DNA from: a virus
Lineage: Duplodnaviria; Caudoviricetes
Direction: 5' to 3' (one strand)
Virus record (IMG/VR): IMGVR_UViG_3300021197_000990
Location: 1-60,656 of that record
DNA: 60,656 bases
The notes below the pieces were generated by a model. It ran no database searches. It was given only the letters and a program-made list of their open reading frames with translations, and was not told the DNA's origin. The position numbers were made by a program, and so were the translations under genes. This document shows positions 58,187 to 60,656 of this stretch, piece by piece. Each line of letters begins with the position of its first letter. The first letter of the stretch is position 1.

Positions 58187-58426
58187 ATGATGTATAAACT
58201 AACTAAAACTCATCAGCAAGGTCTAGTTGACGAATCAATAGTTTTGTTCAACATTTTAGATGAGCAGACTAACGATCCTAAGATGCAGGATAAAGTCGTA
58301 CTTATCTATATGTCTTACTATTCAGATGGTGAGACTACACAGTTTAGACAAGCAATGTCTAAGCAAGATGCTAGAAATGTTTATAGTAACTTACGTAAAG
58401 AAGGTTACTTTGCAGAAGATGCATAA
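58187..58426 (+). CDS. Hypothetical early protein
   Basis: GGAG RBS. Confidence 0.7.
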   Translation: MMYKLTKTHQQGLVDESIVLFNILDEQTNDPKMQDKVVLIYMSYYSDGETTQFRQAMSKQDARNVYSNLRKEGYFAEDA

Positions 58427-58434
58427 CTCCCATT

Positions 58435-58467
58435 ACCTCTGTTCCTTCGGGTTCAGAGGTCTTTTTT
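58435..58467 (+). terminator. Intrinsic terminator
   Basis: ACCTCTG..CC-TTCG-GG..CAGAGGT-CTTTTTT. Confidence 0.75.
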
Positions 58468-58492
58468 ATTTGACTACCAAGAGGATTTAGTC

Positions 58493-58810
58493 ATGTCAGA
58501 ATTTAAATATTATCGTGCAATGTCACGTAACGAGTATTCAGAATTATGTGTTGCTGATCAGTATGCAACCAACTTAAACACTAACACTTACTGGACTAAC
58601 AGCTATCATGCTGCTATGCAGTATTGTAGTGAAGGCCGTATCATTGTCGAGATTGTTCTTGATCGTGATATTCCAAGTCCATATCATGGCATCGCACACG
58701 GTGTTGATGAATATGGTGTTATGAACAATCATCATGAAGTTGTAATGACTCGTGGTTTGTTCAATGACCAACTAGTAAACGTACTAGAAATGCAAGAGTA
58801 CGAATACTAA
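58493..58810 (+). CDS. Hypothetical early protein, possible ADP-ribosyltransferase fold
   Basis: YYRAM..E, YWTNS...A..Y, HEVV. Confidence 0.65.
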   Translation: MSEFKYYRAMSRNEYSELCVADQYATNLNTNTYWTNSYHAAMQYCSEGRIIVEIVLDRDIPSPYHGIAHGVDEYGVMNNHHEVVMTRGLFNDQLVNVLEMQEYEY

Positions 58811-58876
58811 TAACGCTGTGTAGCTAATAGCTAGCGAGCAGTAACATTATATAAATCAACAACTTAGGTGATTATC

Positions 58877-59596
58877 ATGGAAATTTTATTAATGCTTTTA
58901 ATTGCTATCATTATGGTAGCATCTGTAGGTGCTGTGTCACGCAGCTTAAATAGTGACCTTGTTAAAGGTTACGTCAACATGGCTATCTTTATCGGTGGTC
59001 TAGTTCTAGCAACTTCAATGCTGCTTGCATTCGAAGCTACAGCTCAAGAACTGCAAGACGATGAAGCTGTCGAGTATGTCATGCTATCTGGCGACGTAGA
59101 TAAAGCTATGCTGCTTAAACTAAAGAATGCAATAGCTAAGTATCCAAACCTTAAAACTATTGCTCTAGACTCACCAGGCGGTTACGTTCATATAGGTTTT
59201 GAGATCGGTCACATTATTCGTGAAAACAATCTTAACACTTATATCTATGGTAACGGCTCATGTGCGTCTGCTTGTACTTATATCTTTATGGGTGGCAAGT
59301 ATAGAGGTATGCAATTCGGTGGTAAATTAGGTTTCCATCCTGCTCGTGCTGGTGGTTTTCCTGGTTCTATACCACTAAATGACATCTTGCTTGACGGTCA
59401 ACGTCTAAGTCTTGATGCTGCAGAGTACTTCTTAACTATGGTTAATGCAGACCACAGACTTAAGATTATTCAGTTCTTATCAAAGAGCTATCAGAATACT
59501 CATTATAGTCAAATGGATTGGTATGTACCACGTAAGGATAACTTGTCTCATACGAGCTTGTTCCATGCAGGTGTTGTTACACACTTCTTCCTATAG
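58877..59596 (+). CDS. Membrane-anchored ClpP/crotonase-fold protein (COG3904-like)
   Basis: Two N-terminal hydrophobic helices; LDSPGG, CASAC..IFMGG, LGFH. Confidence 0.8.
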   Translation: MEILLMLLIAIIMVASVGAVSRSLNSDLVKGYVNMAIFIGGLVLATSMLLAFEATAQELQDDEAVEYVMLSGDVDKAMLLKLKNAIAKYPNLKTIALDSPGGYVHIGFEIGHIIRENNLNTYIYGNGSCASACTYIFMGGKYRGMQFGGKLGFHPARAGGFPGSIPLNDILLDGQRLSLDAAEYFLTMVNADHRLKIIQFLSKSYQNTHYSQMDWYVPRKDNLSHTSLFHAGVVTHFFL

Positions 59597-59610
59597 TTAT
59601 ACTTAATTTG

Positions 59611-59630
59611 TGTCCACGTAAACGTGTCCA
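59611..59630 (+). promoter_or_regulatory. Motif C copy upstream of SSB
   Basis: TGTCCACGTAAACGTGTCCA. Confidence 0.65.
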
Positions 59631-59681
59631 CTTTTGTGAATATTATATTTAAATTTTTAGTCAACCAAGAGGAAATCTATT

Positions 59682-60212
59682 ATGACTATGATCACTGAAC
59701 CACGCACTGTATTCGTTAAAGATGTAACTTTAAACTATGCAAAACTAGTTAAACCAGTTAATCCTTTCGGTACAGAACAATATGAGTTGCAAATTGCGAC
59801 TACAGATTCTGCTACAGCTCAAACTATGCGTGACTTAGGTCTTAACGTTAAAGAGAAAGATGGCTCATTTACAGCTTCTCTTAAGCGTAAAGCACGCAAA
59901 GCCAATGGTGATGACAATGGTCGTCCTGTTGTAATAGATGCAGGTCTTAAGCCAATCGATGATAACCAGCTTATGAAATTAGGTAATGGTTCTGTCGGTA
60001 ACGTTAAGTTATACCAATATCCTTACGATGCTGCTGGTCGTAAAGGTACTGCAACTTCATTAACAGCTGTGCAAGTTGTTGATTTTGTTGAGTATGTTGG
60101 TGGTGGCGTTGAGGCTGGCTTCTCGGTTGTAGGTGATAGCTTACCTGCAGCATCTGAGCAAGACACTGTAGACGAGCAAGCTGAACCAGATATGGCAAGC
60201 ATGCCTTTCTAA
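59682..60212 (+). CDS. ssb: Single-stranded DNA-binding protein (T7 gp2.5-like)
   Basis: YAKL..P, GNGS.GNV, LTAVQVVDFVEY, acidic tail ending in PF. Confidence 0.85.
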   Translation: MTMITEPRTVFVKDVTLNYAKLVKPVNPFGTEQYELQIATTDSATAQTMRDLGLNVKEKDGSFTASLKRKARKANGDDNGRPVVIDAGLKPIDDNQLMKLGNGSVGNVKLYQYPYDAAGRKGTATSLTAVQVVDFVEYVGGGVEAGFSVVGDSLPAASEQDTVDEQAEPDMASMPF

Positions 60213-60656
60213 TATAGAATAAACCAGATGGTCCTTACGGATCGTCTGGTATTTTTTTTGGGATGATGTTTCATGGATATACTTACAGATTTAAGAGTAA
60301 TTCTCTTTATAATATTTGCAGTAATCGTATCTGCAGCTTTTTATCCTATAGAAACATGTGCAGTATTGGCAGTCTTTATACTTCAGCAACAGTTCTCCTT
60401 TTGGAGATCGTTTCTTCGGTCCACTCGTGGATCTTAGATTAATTTTTGCTGCGCGCCGAGATCGATCTTACAGATCGACACGTCACGACCAGATGTTCCC
60501 TCTGGAACTCCCTTAGGAGCAGAGGAGCGTTAGGAGCACAGGAGCGTTAGGAGCACAGGAGCGTTAGGAGCCAGGGAGCGGGAGCAGGAGCCTGGGGTGT
60601 GCCGGACAGGCGTCCATGAAATAATGTCCAGCTGAAGCTGTCCAACCATATAGGAT
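60091..60656. repeat. Terminal redundancy, copy 2
   Basis: Matches 1-559. Confidence 0.97.

Noticed and set aside
60091-60656. Genuine direct terminal repeat
   Set aside because: Begins inside the SSB gene and the copies differ; more likely a circular overlap
1-60656. Lysogeny module or DNA glycosyltransferase
   Set aside because: No integrase, repressor or glycosyltransferase motifs recognised; a divergent one among the hypothetical genes cannot be excluded

Overview
This window is an apparently complete, circularly permuted lytic podovirus-like phage genome of about 60.1 kb; bases 1-559 recur, with small differences, at 60091-60656. It has two convergent arms that meet at a bidirectional terminator (~17173-17235). 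The + arm runs from ~57.6 kb round to 17.2 kb. It carries early genes, SSB, an AAA+ ATPase, a T4 gp42-like dCMP hydroxymethylase with NTP pyrophosphatases and a DenB-like nuclease, T7-like DNA polymerase, exonuclease, RusA, ClpP, primase-helicase and a compact 701-aa single-subunit RNA polymerase. The - arm (56.7 kb down to 17.2 kb) carries terminase, portal, scaffold, SU10/phiEco32-type major capsid, tail proteins, holin, a 2567-aa BACON/Ig-repeat fibre and ejection proteins. The main result is that the last large gene of the ejection cluster (17377-20730) is a second T7-superfamily RNA polymerase, about the size of the N4 mini-vRNAP. Four perfect 32-bp repeats at the start of the early region each carry a GCGAAGC template-strand hairpin like N4 virion-RNAP promoters. 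Two further phage-specific promoter-like motifs and two candidate structured RNAs were also found. All family assignments are motif recognition by eye against remembered sequences; no searches were run.
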